Assembly (NCBI GenBank): GCA_016906335.1
Contig: JADEYG010000002.1
Coordinates: 1,178,001-1,242,000, forward strand
Source: Novakomyces olei
Lineage: Eukaryota
Direction: 5' to 3'
Length of the DNA: 64,000 nucleotides
A program made the position numbers and the translations under genes. Positions 1 through 12,301 of the stretch are shown piece by piece. The notes below the pieces were generated by a model that saw only the letters and a program-made list of their open reading frames with translations, had not been told where the DNA came from and made no database searches. The first letter of the stretch is position 1; each line of letters starts with the position of its first letter.

Positions 1-712
1 TAGTACGAGACCATTTGGCCTCCGTGAGTGGCCAGGGCTGCCGAATATAGTGGGTATTGCGGGACTGGCACCATAATACCATCGTGTGAGCCCGTAATCA
101 GCAATTCACACAGAGTATGCACTCCAGCTGAAGCACCAGCAAGCAAAAAAACGTCGTCTGGATTAGCGGGCCCAGTTTTGGGCCCGTCTCTACTTTCAAT
201 CGCCTTGGCAACGGCACGCCTGGCAAATGGGATCCCCTGTGAGGCCGAATAGGCACCCGTGCTGCCAATTTGCGCAAGTAGAGTTCGAGCACGCTCTATT
301 GCATCGGGCGCAAAAAGCTGACGCGTCAATTGCTCGTTTTCCGGTCTCAGCAGTGGCGGGTACTCTGTCAGTGCGACAACCTGCCGTACAAAGGTGAGCG
401 GCTGCTGATCCAGCTGCTGAGGATTGCCAATATTGACGTTTACAACATCCTTAAAAGGCAGATCCGCGTCTTTCGACATCAGCTGTTCCCTTAATTGCTC
501 CGATCGGACCGCGATCGGCCCGCGTACTGCGTACTGCGCATTAACCACGTGCGGGTTGACAGTGCCCTTGTCGAGAACGTGGCGCCGGGAAGAGTAGGTA
601 CGAGCTGTGAGGTCAGTTTTGCAAAAGCACCGCTACTTTTATTGGCCTTACAATGCCTCGCCATTGCGATACAGGAACGTAGGACCGGGCGGCTCCAACT
701 CTGGGTTGCCAT
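1..712 (-). CDS. ALT1: Alanine aminotransferase, 5' part (3' end runs off the window); intron ~605-651
   Basis: Manual translation gives VNPHVVNAQYAVRGPIAVRSE...VNIGNPQQLDQQPLTFVRQV...GAYSASQG...GIMVPVPQYPLYSA, typical of fungal ALT. GTAAGG...CTGAC..CAG intron. Arg/Ser-rich N-terminus from ATG 712. Missed by the ORF track. Confidence 0.9.
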
Positions 713-1210
713 TACCCAGCAATTCTCCAGACTCGCAAGTAAGATTGGCGTGCAGCGAGTAAGGCGGTGCAAGTCTGATTTTGAGGCAGACGGGCAGACA
801 GACAGACAGAGATGGAGACAGACGGAATTGCCGTGCTACGAGTCAGAGATTGGAACGACCGGCTCAATACAGCAAATACCGCGCTTAAAGTATGCCTAAT
901 CAAAAGCTCGGCTTAAACATTATTTTATCCAACATCGCCGCCCGCCATGTAACGAATTAACGTGCGACTCGCGTATTTGTCTCATATTAACTATTGTTCT
1001 TTATACACTGTGTTTATTTCATATATCAGATACTTTGACTTTGGTTTGCTTTTATGTATTATCAGTTAATTTGGAGATTAATAGTACTCGAGTTTATAGT
1101 AATTATATTTATTATATAAATATAAATAAATAAAAAGATAAATAAATATAAATATAAATAAATATATCGCGTCTGACAGGTTGTTGCAAAGCCGAATTGT
1201 CGAGTTCCCA

Positions 1211-1584
1211 ATGGAATCAAAAGACAATGTGTCTCTGCTGCTACGGCTGCGCAGCGTGCTCGACCTATTTCCGCCTGTAGTTGACGCTGCCGGCGGAAAT
1301 TCCGGCTCTGATATGGACGCGGATGCGTTTCGACGTGCCAGTACGCAACAGCGAGCTCACATACGCAGTCTGCGGTCGCAATTGGAGCAGCGCCAGAGAG
1401 CTATAGACGGTGCGAATGAAGACGCTGCAGTAAGCCGAAACCTCGACGTACCCGACCAGCTTCTTTTGATTGCTGATTTGGAAGCTCGCGTTGCTTACCA
1501 AAAGTGAGAAATACATAATCTACCTTTGCTAACTTGAAAAGAGCACAAATTTCGACGCTAAAAGAGGCATTGGGGCCTGAATGA
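1211..1584 (+). CDS. Small coiled-coil protein, possibly Mediator subunit Med9/Cse2-like; intron ~1504-1541
   Basis: ORF from ATG 1211. GTGAGA..GCTAAC..AAG intron gives C-terminus DQLLLIADLEARVAYQKAQISTLKEALGPE*, which weakly resembles the Med9 C-terminal helix. Confidence 0.45.
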
Positions 1585-1937
1585 AGCCTGTCTACACTTT
1601 TGCGTTGCCATTTTATGATATAATGATACCCGGCTGGTTTGGTAAAGCATAAACACATTGTCTACAAGCACACAGGACATGTCCATGGTGGGGATACCGC
1701 GTAGAAGCATTGCCGAGAGCACTGTCTGACTGGTGTGAGTATACGGTGTGGACGAGCTCTTGAATGAATACTACTTATTGCAATTGCACAGACGGCAAAG
1801 CCCAATCCAATAGACTTTGTGAGACAAAAGCACGTTCGCAACTATAACTATTAAATAAATTATTTTCCAGTAGATTTACAGCCCTAGCAGGCTCTCAGGC
1901 ACTTGCTACTAAACACTATGATAAAGCAAAGCCTTTT

Positions 1938-2308
1938 CTAGGGGGAGGCAAGCAGCTTGTCCAGCTTGCCACTCTGTGCGAGCGACTGTAGATCAGAGTT
2001 TCCACCAATATGCTTATGGTCAATAAAGATATTGGGGACAGAGCGCTGGCCCGTCTTTTCTTCGAGATAGTCCTGGATCGCAGAGCCGTCGCTGATTTGG
2101 TCGAGCTCGAGTACAAAGGGATGTTGCCCTTTGTTGGCCAATGTATTCTTTGTCATGCGGCAGTAAGGGCTAGCGTGGTTAATACAATAAACAATACAGG
2201 GCAATTGAGTCTACAGGGCGCTTGAGTCACTTACCAGTAGCTCTTGGAGAACACCGCGATCGCATTTTCAGCGATATACTTGTCGACTTTAGACGCAATA
2301 GCAGACAT
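1938..2308 (-). CDS. GRX1: Dithiol glutaredoxin; intron ~2169-2234
   Basis: Spliced MSAIASKVDKYIAENAIAVFSKSYCPYC...TGQRSVPNIFI...GGNSDL: CPYC active site, VP and GG motifs. Confidence 0.93.
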
Positions 2309-2669
2309 ATTTGATCTCGTCCGTACAGTGAGTGGTTTGCCTAATGATCCCGTATATTGCGTAATCCCCGAATTTCTCGAGTATTATGGAAATGTAGCGC
2401 GTTTTGACAGTATCAGGCATAGTATTGTGCCTGCGCTGCGTCATGCATCATTCTGTATAATTTGGATTTTTAAGTATAATTAAAGAAAAAATAATACTAG
2501 AAAATAATACTAGAAAATAACACAAAAAAAAAGAACAAAAGAAACAAAAGAAAAACATAAACATAAAGAAAACAAAAAATAAACGACCCATACTGAACAA
2601 AGAAATGGGTATATAAGAAAAAATAAACTGACTCGCTAGCAATTTCCTCCTACTAAACAAACGGCTGGC

Positions 2670-5616
2670 ATGGAAACCGAGCCACATGTGGCTTTGGCGG
2701 CTGGCGAGGAAGCAGATGCGTCTAAAGATGTAACGATCTCTCGAGACCAGTCTGCTGCAGAGGCCATAGCAACAGAATCAGATACCCGGCTTGAACAGCC
2801 ATCCCCTGTCGCTAATACTAAGATCCATGATGAAGATGCTCAACCTTCTTTCCCCTCCTCCTCTTCCCTTCCTTCTTCTCACGCTAGCAATCCCATTGCG
2901 GCACCTGATAAGGCTGCAAATGAGCCCCTAACGGAAGCTGGAGCCGCTGGTCATCCTGACGCTTCCGCGAATGGCACAAACAATGACGGAAGCCACAATA
3001 CAGGTAATAATGCAGATGACCCCATTCCCAGGAATACTGCTTCTTCCACTGCGCTTCCTTCCATCCCGCGCTCACCTGACGTGGGAGAGAATCCTTCACG
3101 GCCATCGTCTACTGTGGCGGCAACATCGGCAGAGGGCCCAGCGGCGTCTGAAGGCAAAACTAATTTGCTAAAACGAAAAAGGCTACCGCAAGATACTGTC
3201 GGCCGACTGGAAGATAGTATTGAGCTAGATCCTTACAACGAAAAAAACTATTACGCTCTAATCCAAGAATACAAGGCTAAAGATAAATTCGACAGTTGTC
3301 GCAACGTGTACGAGCAGCTGCTCAAAATATTTGCTACCAGCGTATCGCCCCTCCTCTCTTTATTTACTTTGGTTTTGTTTTGATACATTTTATTTTAATC
3401 TGGCTTTATTCGCTTTTGATTAGGATGGGCTTTGATTATCTATTCTCACGGCGTTGTCTCTTGCCAACGCCAACTTTGCATGATCGAATACGACTAGATT
3501 ATTTAAATCTGATTGTTGTCGTTTGCTGCAGGGGTTCTTTCTCCTTCTTGATATATTATACAATTCCCACTATCCAAGTTTATTATTCGCACCAAAACCT
3601 TTTACAAACATTTAAGCTAAACCTGTTTTAACATTTGGTGTATAGTCACGAATCTGGATTGAGTATGTCAATTTCGAATTGAACAATGGCGAGTTCCAGC
3701 GCGCTGCCACACTTTTCTCCCGCTCCCTCCGTTCTGTTATATCTTTAGATTTGTGGAAGTGCTACTTGGACTTTGTAAGACGACGGCAGAACTTGGCTAC
3801 TGGTGGTGCTCAGGCAGCACAGGTCGTAGTCCAAGCGTTTGAATTTGTTTTGGCACACGTCGGTCTTGATCGAGAATCCACGATAGTCTGGCGCGAATAT
3901 ATCGACTTTCTCAAGTCGAACTCTTCTTCCTCAAACTGGGAAGAACAGCAGAAAAATGATCAACTACGGCGTACTTACCAGCGCGCTGTTGTATTACCCA
4001 TAATCGATGTTGAATCGCTTTGGCGTGATTATGACACGTTTGAGAATAGTGTGAACAGGTCCACGGCACGCAAAAATTTGTCCTCTAAATCACCAGCGTA
4101 CATGACGGCGAGGGCAACATTAAAAGAGCTGCTGTTTCTTACTGAAGATTTACATGTGAAAGCATTGCCTACAAGGCCAGTATGGGATGCACAGCAATTG
4201 GCGCTATTCCAACGGTGGAGGCGGTGGATTGACTGGGAAAAAAGCGACCCTCTTCAGCTAGAAGACGAGCAAGCTCTAACAGCGCGCGTCAAGTATGCTT
4301 ACCGTCAAGCTCTTATTACTCTGCGATTCTATCCGGAAATATGGTTTGATGCTTACACATACTGGACACAGCACGAAAAGCCTGGCGGCAACGAGGCTAT
4401 AGACATTCTACGACAAGGTGTGGCAGCCAATCCGACCAGTCTGCTTTTGAATGCCCGTCTTGCAGAAGCAGAAGAAGCGGTGCATCGGACACAAGAAGTA
4501 CGATCTATATTTGAAAAGCTGGTGAACAATTTTGTGAAGGAAGGCACTCGTAGAATAACACAGTATGAAATGGAAAAGGCACACGCCCTTGCGCCCAATG
4601 GGGCTGATGCAGATTCAACGGTATCTGCTGACGGAGGAGGTGGCAGTGCTGAAGATATCCGTCGGAGAGCAGCGGCAGCACAGTCCATTGATGCTCAGAG
4701 GGAAGCTTTTGAGACTGAATGGAGCCGTAAGAGCTCAATGGCCTGGTCAATGTACGTGAATGCAGTACGGAGAATGGAAGGAGTATCCGCAGCGAGACAG
4801 ATTTTCCGGACTGCCAGGTCATGCAAATTTCAATCATATTTGATCTATATCACGTCTGCTCTGATGGAGTACCACTGCAGCAAAGATCAAAACATTGCTG
4901 TGCGAATATTTGAGCTTGGGATGCGGCAGTACGGGTCGAGCGGACCGTACGTACTCGCCTACCTCGATTTTTACATTCGAATCAATGACGAAACAAGTAA
5001 GGCTGCTTAAAAAATGCGCTGTTTCAAAGCGGTTTAAATGTTTCTTAATTACTAACGATAAGACGCTAGGGCTCTGTATGAAAAGTCGCTTGCTAAATTG
5101 TCGGAGCAGGACGCCATGCCTGTCCACGAACTCTGGCTCTCCTATCAATCGTGGTTTGGCGATACTGTTGGAGTAATGAGAGAACTCGATCGTATGTCGT
5201 CAACTTATCCACAGCGATCCCGACTCGAAATTTTCCGTTCCCGTTTCGAAGTTTTACCGGGGTCGGATTCGACGTTTACGGGCGAAGTCTGTCCAAAAGA
5301 ACCGTTGATTGATCGTACTGCTGTGACGGTGGCGACTAGTGCACTTGAAAACGATGATCCTTATCACTTGGACGACGAGCCAGAGTATGTACCGGCAAGC
5401 AACGGCACCGAGGAGCCTGAGGACACGGTAAGCCGTGAACCTCCTCCACTGCCAGAGGCCCTTGTACAATTATTAGAAAAATTACCCCCGGCGGCAACTT
5501 TTACAGGTGCAACCTTTCAAGTCCCGAAGCTCATCGAGCTTGTTCGATATGCGCATGTGCCCATGCCGGCATGGTACGAGGAGGCTCAAGCAAACAAACG
5601 AACTCGCATCTCTTAA
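2670..5616 (+). CDS. RNA14: mRNA 3'-end processing factor Rna14/CstF-77 (HAT repeats); introns 3342-3645 and ~4997-5062
   Basis: HAT motifs LWKCYLDFVRR, LRRTYQRAVVLP, LWRDYDTFEN, ALMEYHCSKD, IFELGM. Canonical splice sites join the three ORFs in frame. Confidence 0.93.
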
Positions 5617-5983
5617 AGGAACCACTATTTAGCATGATATTATGACTACGCGGCTTTGCAATGTTGAAGGATCCATCAAGCTTGATACTATCGTATCATT
5701 TTTTCTTGCCTGTAATAGATCAAATTCAAGTCATCATGTTGCCTCATTAAATTACTGTCCATAAAGTATTATTAATATCAAATTCATGGGCTCCGTTTAC
5801 AGCTTCAAACTGACCTTGAAGACCCATCTGTAAATTTGCTTTCCTATCCCAATGCTATCCACACTGAATTATCAACCGTTTGAAATAAAAATAACACCCC
5901 AATAACAACCTGACCAGTCACTAAAGACTCTGGCATACTCGACGAAATCAAGTCGTGCAGAAATATAAAGTACATAAATATGT

Positions 5984-6492
5984 TTATATTGTCAAGTCTT
6001 CCGTAGCCATTTCATCTGCATTAGCAGGTCTGTTTTGCCCTGGGTCTGAAGGCGGCGGCGTCGGCGGTTCTTTTGTAAAATCAGGAAGCTTCACCAGCAT
6101 ACCAGCCGCAGCGTCCGCCTCCTCTTGTGTATAAGGAACTTCCTGTAAAACTTTTAGTCTGGTAGTTAGCAATTGCACCTTTTGAAAAAAGTAGATTGAA
6201 AATTCGATTGCTGCTAGTTTAAGCAAATTTACCTTTTCTTATGAGGTTTTGACCGGCAATGTTTCTGCAGAGCGTCTGCGCTTTCACAGTGCCGGGCGCA
6301 TTCAACACAATAATGCTGTCCCAGTCCAGGCAGGTCGAGATCAAGTGCCTGCTCGTGTTTCAACCGCCGAACATTAGCACGCGTGGCCAAGTCATTATGC
6401 ACTTGGTCCAGGTCACGGACATATCGTCTTGTGCGAAATTGAGCGTGATTGCCGTTGTGATGAGGCTTTCGTTTTCGCGCCTGCCGAGTCAT
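5984..6492 (-). CDS. BUD20: C2H2 zinc finger ribosome biogenesis protein Bud20/ZNF593; one intron ~6170-6232
   Basis: RTRRYVRDLDQVHNDL, DLPGLGQHYCVECARH, HCRSKPHKKR|LKVLQEVPYTQEEADAAAG. Confidence 0.92.
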
Positions 6493-6726
6493 CGAATTTT
6501 TGTATTTGCGATTAAATTTTTTCTAATAAAATCAATAGAATTTGCGCTCTATTTGATGTATTCTGTAAATAATAAAATAAATGGGATAAAAATTAAAAAA
6601 TTAAAACACTAAACATAAATAAATTATTAATAACAAAAAAACAATGCTTATCTTGGATACTAAAGTGTACTACAAAAAAAAAGTGACTAAATTGCGTCAA
6701 ACAGTGTCGTCTGTTTTACTTCAATC

Positions 6727-7224
6727 ATGTCGCAAGATCGACTGGAAAGCCTAACGAAAGCGTTTCAAAAGGCACAAACAGGTAACTTTTAATCTCAATC
6801 TCCTCAGTGTTTGCTAATTCTATAAAGAATTATCTTCCTCCGTAGAAGCTCGGCAAAAGTTGGAATCTCAATTACAGGAAAACCAGCAAGTGCTCGCCGA
6901 GTTTGGTCGCCTGGCCCCCGATGCCGGCGTATTCAAAAAGATTGGCCCAACTCTAGTGCGTCAAGAACGAGCTGGGGCACTGCAGCATGTAGAGAAACGA
7001 ATTGAATTTATCACAAAAGAAGTGTAAGTCTCTATTTGTATACGATTGTGGACTAAATTGGCAGTGAACGCGTAGAAGCGCTTATAAAAACCCACGGAGC
7101 AGCTGTGGAAAAGACACGTACAGAGGTAAAGTGGCAATCAAAAGCTGCAAGTATTGATCTAAAGGCTATACAAATCCAAGCGCAATTGCAGGCGGCAGGA
7201 CAATCTCCTGCTGCCGCGTCGTGA
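6727..7224 (+). CDS. YKE2: Prefoldin subunit 6 (Yke2/Gim1); three short introns
   Basis: Spliced translation ARQKLESQLQENQQVLAEF...VFKKIGPTLVRQE...VEKRIEFITKEVERVE. Missed by the ORF track. Confidence 0.9.
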
Positions 7225-7617
7225 TCGGAGGACGTGGCAAACAGACCACGGCTGTTCTCGCACTTTACTTGGCTTGATGTATGATTTATAAAGTAGGTTT
7301 GCTTCAATATCGTGATGCAGTGCTGGCACACAGTAATGGTTTATGATGCATGTTCATATTATTACTCTACTACCCCTAAATCCAGTGCTTTTGCCCGTTT
7401 GGCCGTGCGCCATACGAGAATACTATGAGCATCATGCTTCTTTTCTGCTTGCCCCAAAAATAGTCAATATCCCGCTATTATACATTTCGATATTCTTCTG
7501 CCCAATATCGGCTCCGTATGTTTGTATCTTTAAATGGCAATACATCTTTCCGAGTACGGAGATGCCAAGTATCATCAATCTCAATGGCGCACGTGTTCAT
7601 CACATTGTTTAACCGCA

Positions 7618-8333
7618 TTACAGCCCATTGGTTTTACCGTCAACAGACGTGTCGCCCTTAGACTTTTTCTTTGATTTGCTGCGCTTTTCGCTCGACCTGC
7701 GCTTCTCACCTTTTGGTGATGAATCACCATCATCGCCACCAGGATCTAGAGTGCCAGCGTCACCTTCACCAAACCCAATCGGCTTATAGCGCATATACAA
7801 ACCTTCTGGTTGAGGCATCCGTGGATGAACATATTTCCGTGGAGGCAGGCGTCTAATATCGAATTCCTGAACCAATGAAAACGAACGCGGTAACGAATTG
7901 GCCTCTGTTTAGATTAGCAACACTGATATATACCCTTTAGCCTAGGAATATCTTTAAAAAAATATCATTAAAAAAATATCATTAAAAAAATATCATTGGA
8001 AAAAAAGTCATTTCCCAAAGTTAATGTAGCGTTTTTCCTACCTGCTTGTTGGTAAGCTCCGTCCTGTTTAACAATAGCTCGTAACTCTGACAGCTGTTCC
8101 TGTCTGACAGGCAAGAGTCGCAGCTTATGCCCCTTTCTGTCAAATGCGGCACCAGCCTCCACGTCAAGGCGTGATAGACTTGACAGTTTTATTTCACGAG
8201 GAATTTTTATAATTATTGGCGAAGGGCTCTTGCCAGGCAAGCCAACGCCAAAAGTATTAGGATCCACTGTGCTCGAGCCCTCTACTGACTTGAAATCAGG
8301 AGGAACTCGCCAGCGAACACTGCTGTCGTCCAT
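7618..8333 (-). CDS. RPA34: RNA polymerase I subunit A34.5-like; intron 7905-8041
   Basis: N-terminal VPPDFK and IIKIP, C-terminal PQPEGLYMRYKPIGF motif and Lys-rich tail. Confidence 0.75.
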
Positions 8334-8415
8334 TGTAGACTGTTAAAGTGAAATATTGGTCATTTAGTATCGGCCAGCCCTACCTGGCGCGGTTAATTAA
8401 TTAATTAATTAATTA

Positions 8416-8453
<38 letters not shown>

Positions 8454-8616
8454 TTTCTTTTTTTTTTTTCAAACTAATAAAAAATAATTAATATGTATCC
8501 TGCAGCTCGGAGCACGATTTGTTTATATAGAAGGATATAATGAATGAATGCATTAACGCGCGCTGCCTACTAGAGACAAGTCGCGTAATCGACAGTGTAT
8601 TGCAAATTTGCCTCAG

Positions 8617-11600
8617 ATGGCGCAGCAAGTCGCGCGACGTCGAATCGCGTCTCGGCGCAGGTCGTCTTTACAAAATGACTCGAAATCTGATCGTGCGCGG
8701 CGCGTGACAAGGCGACACAGTTCAACCGCCCAAGATACTTTTCAACGAGAAAGCAGCCGACTGCCACGGGCTCGGCGACAGCGATTGTCGGTCGATGTTT
8801 CTGGACTGCGTGGATCAGTTGACAAGGCGGATGAATTATCACAGAGGTCTGAGGAATCGCCGACTAAACGTGTAAAGCTGGGGACGCGATCGGCATCGAG
8901 CGATGATACGTATACTGATACAATTGAGGCTCAAGAAAAGACGCCTCCTGACTCTGACGATTCAGGTTTTACTAGAGTGAAAATTGCTCACAATGTTCAA
9001 GTCGTGATTGACGCGGACGATGTGGAAAACGCAAAGTCTTTTATCAACCATGAGCCTAGTGAGTATGACGGTGATAGCTCTTCCCTTGACTACAGGACTG
9101 CGAGTGAAGCAAGTTCGGGCGATGCGGCTGAGAGATCCGAGGAAAATGCTGATTTAGACGACAGCAACGTTCCTGTTCATATTGAGCAGATTGAGGTTGA
9201 TATCGACAATGACGAAGCAGATGCAGATGCAGATGCACAAGATAAAAGCAGTACGAGCTCTGCGAGTGCTCAGACATTTGAGAGCCGCAGTAATTTAGAC
9301 GAGTCTGAGAAAGATGAAGAATCGTCTTCTTTGGCAGACGAACCCCATCGTGCGCAAACTGTGAAGCCGGCAAGTAAGAAAGCAGCTTCGTTTGAGATCC
9401 AATTGCTCCGCCAAAAGGAAATGCCCCTTATTGAACCTGCGCTAGGGCAGCCCTTTTGTCCACGAGCAGAATATTTTTCCGAGGACATTGGCGATGAGGG
9501 AGACCCTGGTCTGGTAATAGCATTAAAGCCAGAGCAGGTCATTCCAGTACGGGGTCTTTGTGAGATCCAAGTGCTCCGTGGCAAATTGGCGGTTGCAGGC
9601 CGTGTCCTTACTGCTCCATCCCCCTCTTTTCCCATTTTCGCCCCCGAGTGCAGAGCTCATCCAGTCCTCGTAGCCTTACCGTCAAGTGCAGAACAGGAGC
9701 TGGAGTCCAGTATTAAACTAGCAGTATCAGCAAAACTTGAGGCAGTGTTACAAAGACCTGCACTGGCGGACAAAATAGTGTTTACAGTGCGTAATTACAA
9801 CACATCTCTTTTGCAAATGGCAAACATTGCTCCTAAAGCTGGATCGCTTTGGAAGTACTACAGTCCTACACTAACATTTGCCATTGAGCCTGCTGCCAGC
9901 ACACAGGCACCGCCTTCGTCCTGGTCGAGCGTTGCCATCACTATTGCTCAACAGGCAGTGCTGCCTCAACATACAGGGCAAAGGCTAGTTGTTGCAGGGG
10001 CCAAACATACGGGCAAATCAACATTTTGCCGGTTCCTGGCCAACAGTCTGATTACACAAGGCATTACTCCTTACTTTTTGGATATAGATCCAGGCCAGCC
10101 TGTATTTGCTCCGCCAGGAAGACTGGCCTTGAACCGTTTGTCCCCTGAGCAAATATACGTTTCACCTTTCCAGGCTCCGGAGCAGGAGATTGCAGCCTTT
10201 TACTTTGGCGAGGTAACTCCGGCTGTAAACATGTCGCTGTACAAGCAATACGTTTGCGCCCTGTACGCAGCTTACGAAGTATCGTGCAAGGACGAGTTCG
10301 GTAGCCATGTGCTGATTGTCAATGGCACCGGGTGGATCAAAGGCTTTGGCAGGGAGTTGTTACTTGAAATGCTTGATTATGGGCATACAGACACCCTACT
10401 CTATGTGGGGGCCCGGGATCATGACCACAGCGGACTGCTTCAGCTGCCTGCGGCAATAAACGCCGAGTACTTTGACGGTCTCTTGCCGCTGGATACGAGT
10501 GTGAATGCCGCACAGTACCGTGAACTCGTTCTCAGCTTTTATCTTCACTCAAATGCAGAGCAGTGGGATGCTCGTCCTTTATCGCAGCACAATGTTCTCG
10601 TCGCAAGTTATGGAGAGAGAAGAGTTGATAAACAAATTGCCCAAGGCATGAAAAACATTGATGAAGAAAAGTCCGGGACACAAGAAATGGTACAGGAAAA
10701 GGCACAGGAAAGTGTTCAGGAAAATGTCCAGGAAAATGTGCAGGAAAATGTGCAGGAAAATGTGCAGGAAAATGTCCAGGAAAATGTCCAGGAAAATGTC
10801 CAGGAAAAGGCTCAGAAAAATGTTCAGGAAAAGGACGCCATTGAGGAGAATGATGCGAAAAAGAATGAGCACTCTGATGATACTGAACACATTAATGAAA
10901 ACAATAGTATCGAGAACAAAGATAATGTCGGTATTGCTGAGGCGGAAAATGAACCCGAAGATGGGACCAAACCTGTTGCAGGCAGTAATACTGGCAAAGC
11001 AAACGATAATCTTCACGATCGTGAGGATATCGAAAATGGCAATTCTGGTGACGATGAAAAAGAGACTGAACCGAGCAGTGAGAACATGGAAACAGTCGAA
11101 AACGGAAAAGACAGCAATATCCAAATTGACGTAAATAAAAACGGCGACATTGACAATATTGACGATAAAGTTTTTGACAATGAGAATAAAAATGAAAGTA
11201 ATAAGGACAATATAACTGTGACTAGAGACATTGATGCTGTCATCCTTCCACGCTCAGACATGCTAATTGATGACGCCATAAAGGCTCTGCCTGGTACAGT
11301 GGTAGGAGTGGTAACTTGTGACGCAGCCCACGCACAAAAAATACAGGATCAAATTGAGCACACACCGGAATTGCTGCCGATTATCACAATGAGCAGGCCT
11401 CAACTGCTTCCAAATTGGCTGACTGGGACACGGTGCTTGGGCCTTGCAGTGGTTCGGAACATTGATACTTCTTCTCAACGAATACTGCTTACTGGGCCAA
11501 TTGCACAGAAACAATTGCTGGATGCAAAATCAAGTGGCCAAAGGGTGTTTCTTATTCGTGGAAGCGGTTTGAATTTGCCGGCGTGGGAATTACATTGCAG

Positions 11601-11712
11601 TCCATATGATTACACTGCACCCGCTCCGTATGTATCTTTTACACCTATCATCGGAATCGGCAGAAGCTCGTGGCGTGTCCGGCATAATCTTGTGCGTGGA
11701 GCTGCCTCTTAA
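8617..11712 (+). CDS. GRC3: Polynucleotide 5'-hydroxyl kinase Grc3/Nol9 (Clp1 family)
   Basis: Walker A GAKHTGKST, DIDPGQP, IVNGTGWIKGFG, CLGLAVVRNID, C-terminal PYVSF...WRVRHNL. Long acidic N-terminus. Confidence 0.9.
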   Translation: MAQQVARRRIASRRRSSLQNDSKSDRARRVTRRHSSTAQDTFQRESSRLPRARRQRLSVDVSGLRGSVDKADELSQRSEESPTKRVKLGTRSASSDDTYTDTIEAQEKTPPDSDDSGFTRVKIAHNVQVVIDADDVENAKSFINHEPSEYDGDSSSLDYRTASEASSGDAAERSEENADLDDSNVPVHIEQIEVDIDNDEADADADAQDKSSTSSASAQTFESRSNLDESEKDEESSSLADEPHRAQTVKPASKKAASFEIQLLRQKEMPLIEPALGQPFCPRAEYFSEDIGDEGDPGLVIALKPEQVIPVRGLCEIQVLRGKLAVAGRVLTAPSPSFPIFAPECRAHPVLVALPSSAEQELESSIKLAVSAKLEAVLQRPALADKIVFTVRNYNTSLLQMANIAPKAGSLWKYYSPTLTFAIEPAASTQAPPSSWSSVAITIAQQAVLPQHTGQRLVVAGAKHTGKSTFCRFLANSLITQGITPYFLDIDPGQPVFAPPGRLALNRLSPEQIYVSPFQAPEQEIAAFYFGEVTPAVNMSLYKQYVCALYAAYEVSCKDEFGSHVLIVNGTGWIKGFGRELLLEMLDYGHTDTLLYVGARDHDHSGLLQLPAAINAEYFDGLLPLDTSVNAAQYRELVLSFYLHSNAEQWDARPLSQHNVLVASYGERRVDKQIAQGMKNIDEEKSGTQEMVQEKAQESVQENVQENVQENVQENVQENVQENVQENVQEKAQKNVQEKDAIEENDAKKNEHSDDTEHINENNSIENKDNVGIAEAENEPEDGTKPVAGSNTGKANDNLHDREDIENGNSGDDEKETEPSSENMETVENGKDSNIQIDVNKNGDIDNIDDKVFDNENKNESNKDNITVTRDIDAVILPRSDMLIDDAIKALPGTVVGVVTCDAAHAQKIQDQIEHTPELLPIITMSRPQLLPNWLTGTRCLGLAVVRNIDTSSQRILLTGPIAQKQLLDAKSSGQRVFLIRGSGLNLPAWELHCSPYDYTAPAPYVSFTPIIGIGRSSWRVRHNLVRGAAS
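10690..10831 (+). repeat. Coding 12-nt minisatellite (CAGGAAAATGTS)n encoding QENV repeats inside GRC3
   Basis: Directly visible tandem array, ~11 units including degenerate flanks. Confidence 0.95.
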
Positions 11713-12301
11713 AGCATGGTTCTATTCAGGTCTATTTTAGGGCTATTAAAGGCACAATTTCCGACATGTACCTGAGCCTGTACGAGACGAGTAGTGTATA
11801 GACATTATAATGTATCGAAAGGTTTCTACTCTCTGTTACTTCTACTCACTGTGTTGGTTTTAGCTTTTTATCATCGATTGTCTATTGTCTCTATCATGTA
11901 TTATTTCTCATTTATCAATTTGTAAGTATATATTTATATGATGATACTTTAATGTCTAATACTCTATCGTCAATATTTGATATTCGTTTTTTCAAGCATC
12001 ATTCTGTCGATTAACGTGTTACTGTGCACGTGTGTCCATATAAAATCAATTGTGTACATACGTCATCTTCGTATACGTAACGTTGGTATCATTATTGCTA
12101 TCATTGTACACGCTCACGGCGATTCAGTTGTAATTGCAATCTCTATTCCTTTAGTACTGATGAAATAAACCAGAAATTTTTACTGCATTATTATTGCATC
12201 ATTGGTATTGTGCACCTTCTTTCTCCACTAATCTTTGATATGTCAACATGTCATGGCGATAAGGCTTCCGTTTGGCCATCCCTACTCTGGCATTGCCAAA
12301 A

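Noticed and set aside
2309-2385. Non-AUG N-terminal extension of glutaredoxin
   Set aside because: The frame is open for only ~25 codons and lacks a convincing presequence or processing motif.
10579-11134. Alternative-frame ORFs (MCRK/MSRK and FLDI repeats) in GRC3
   Set aside because: Shadow frames of the QENV repeat.
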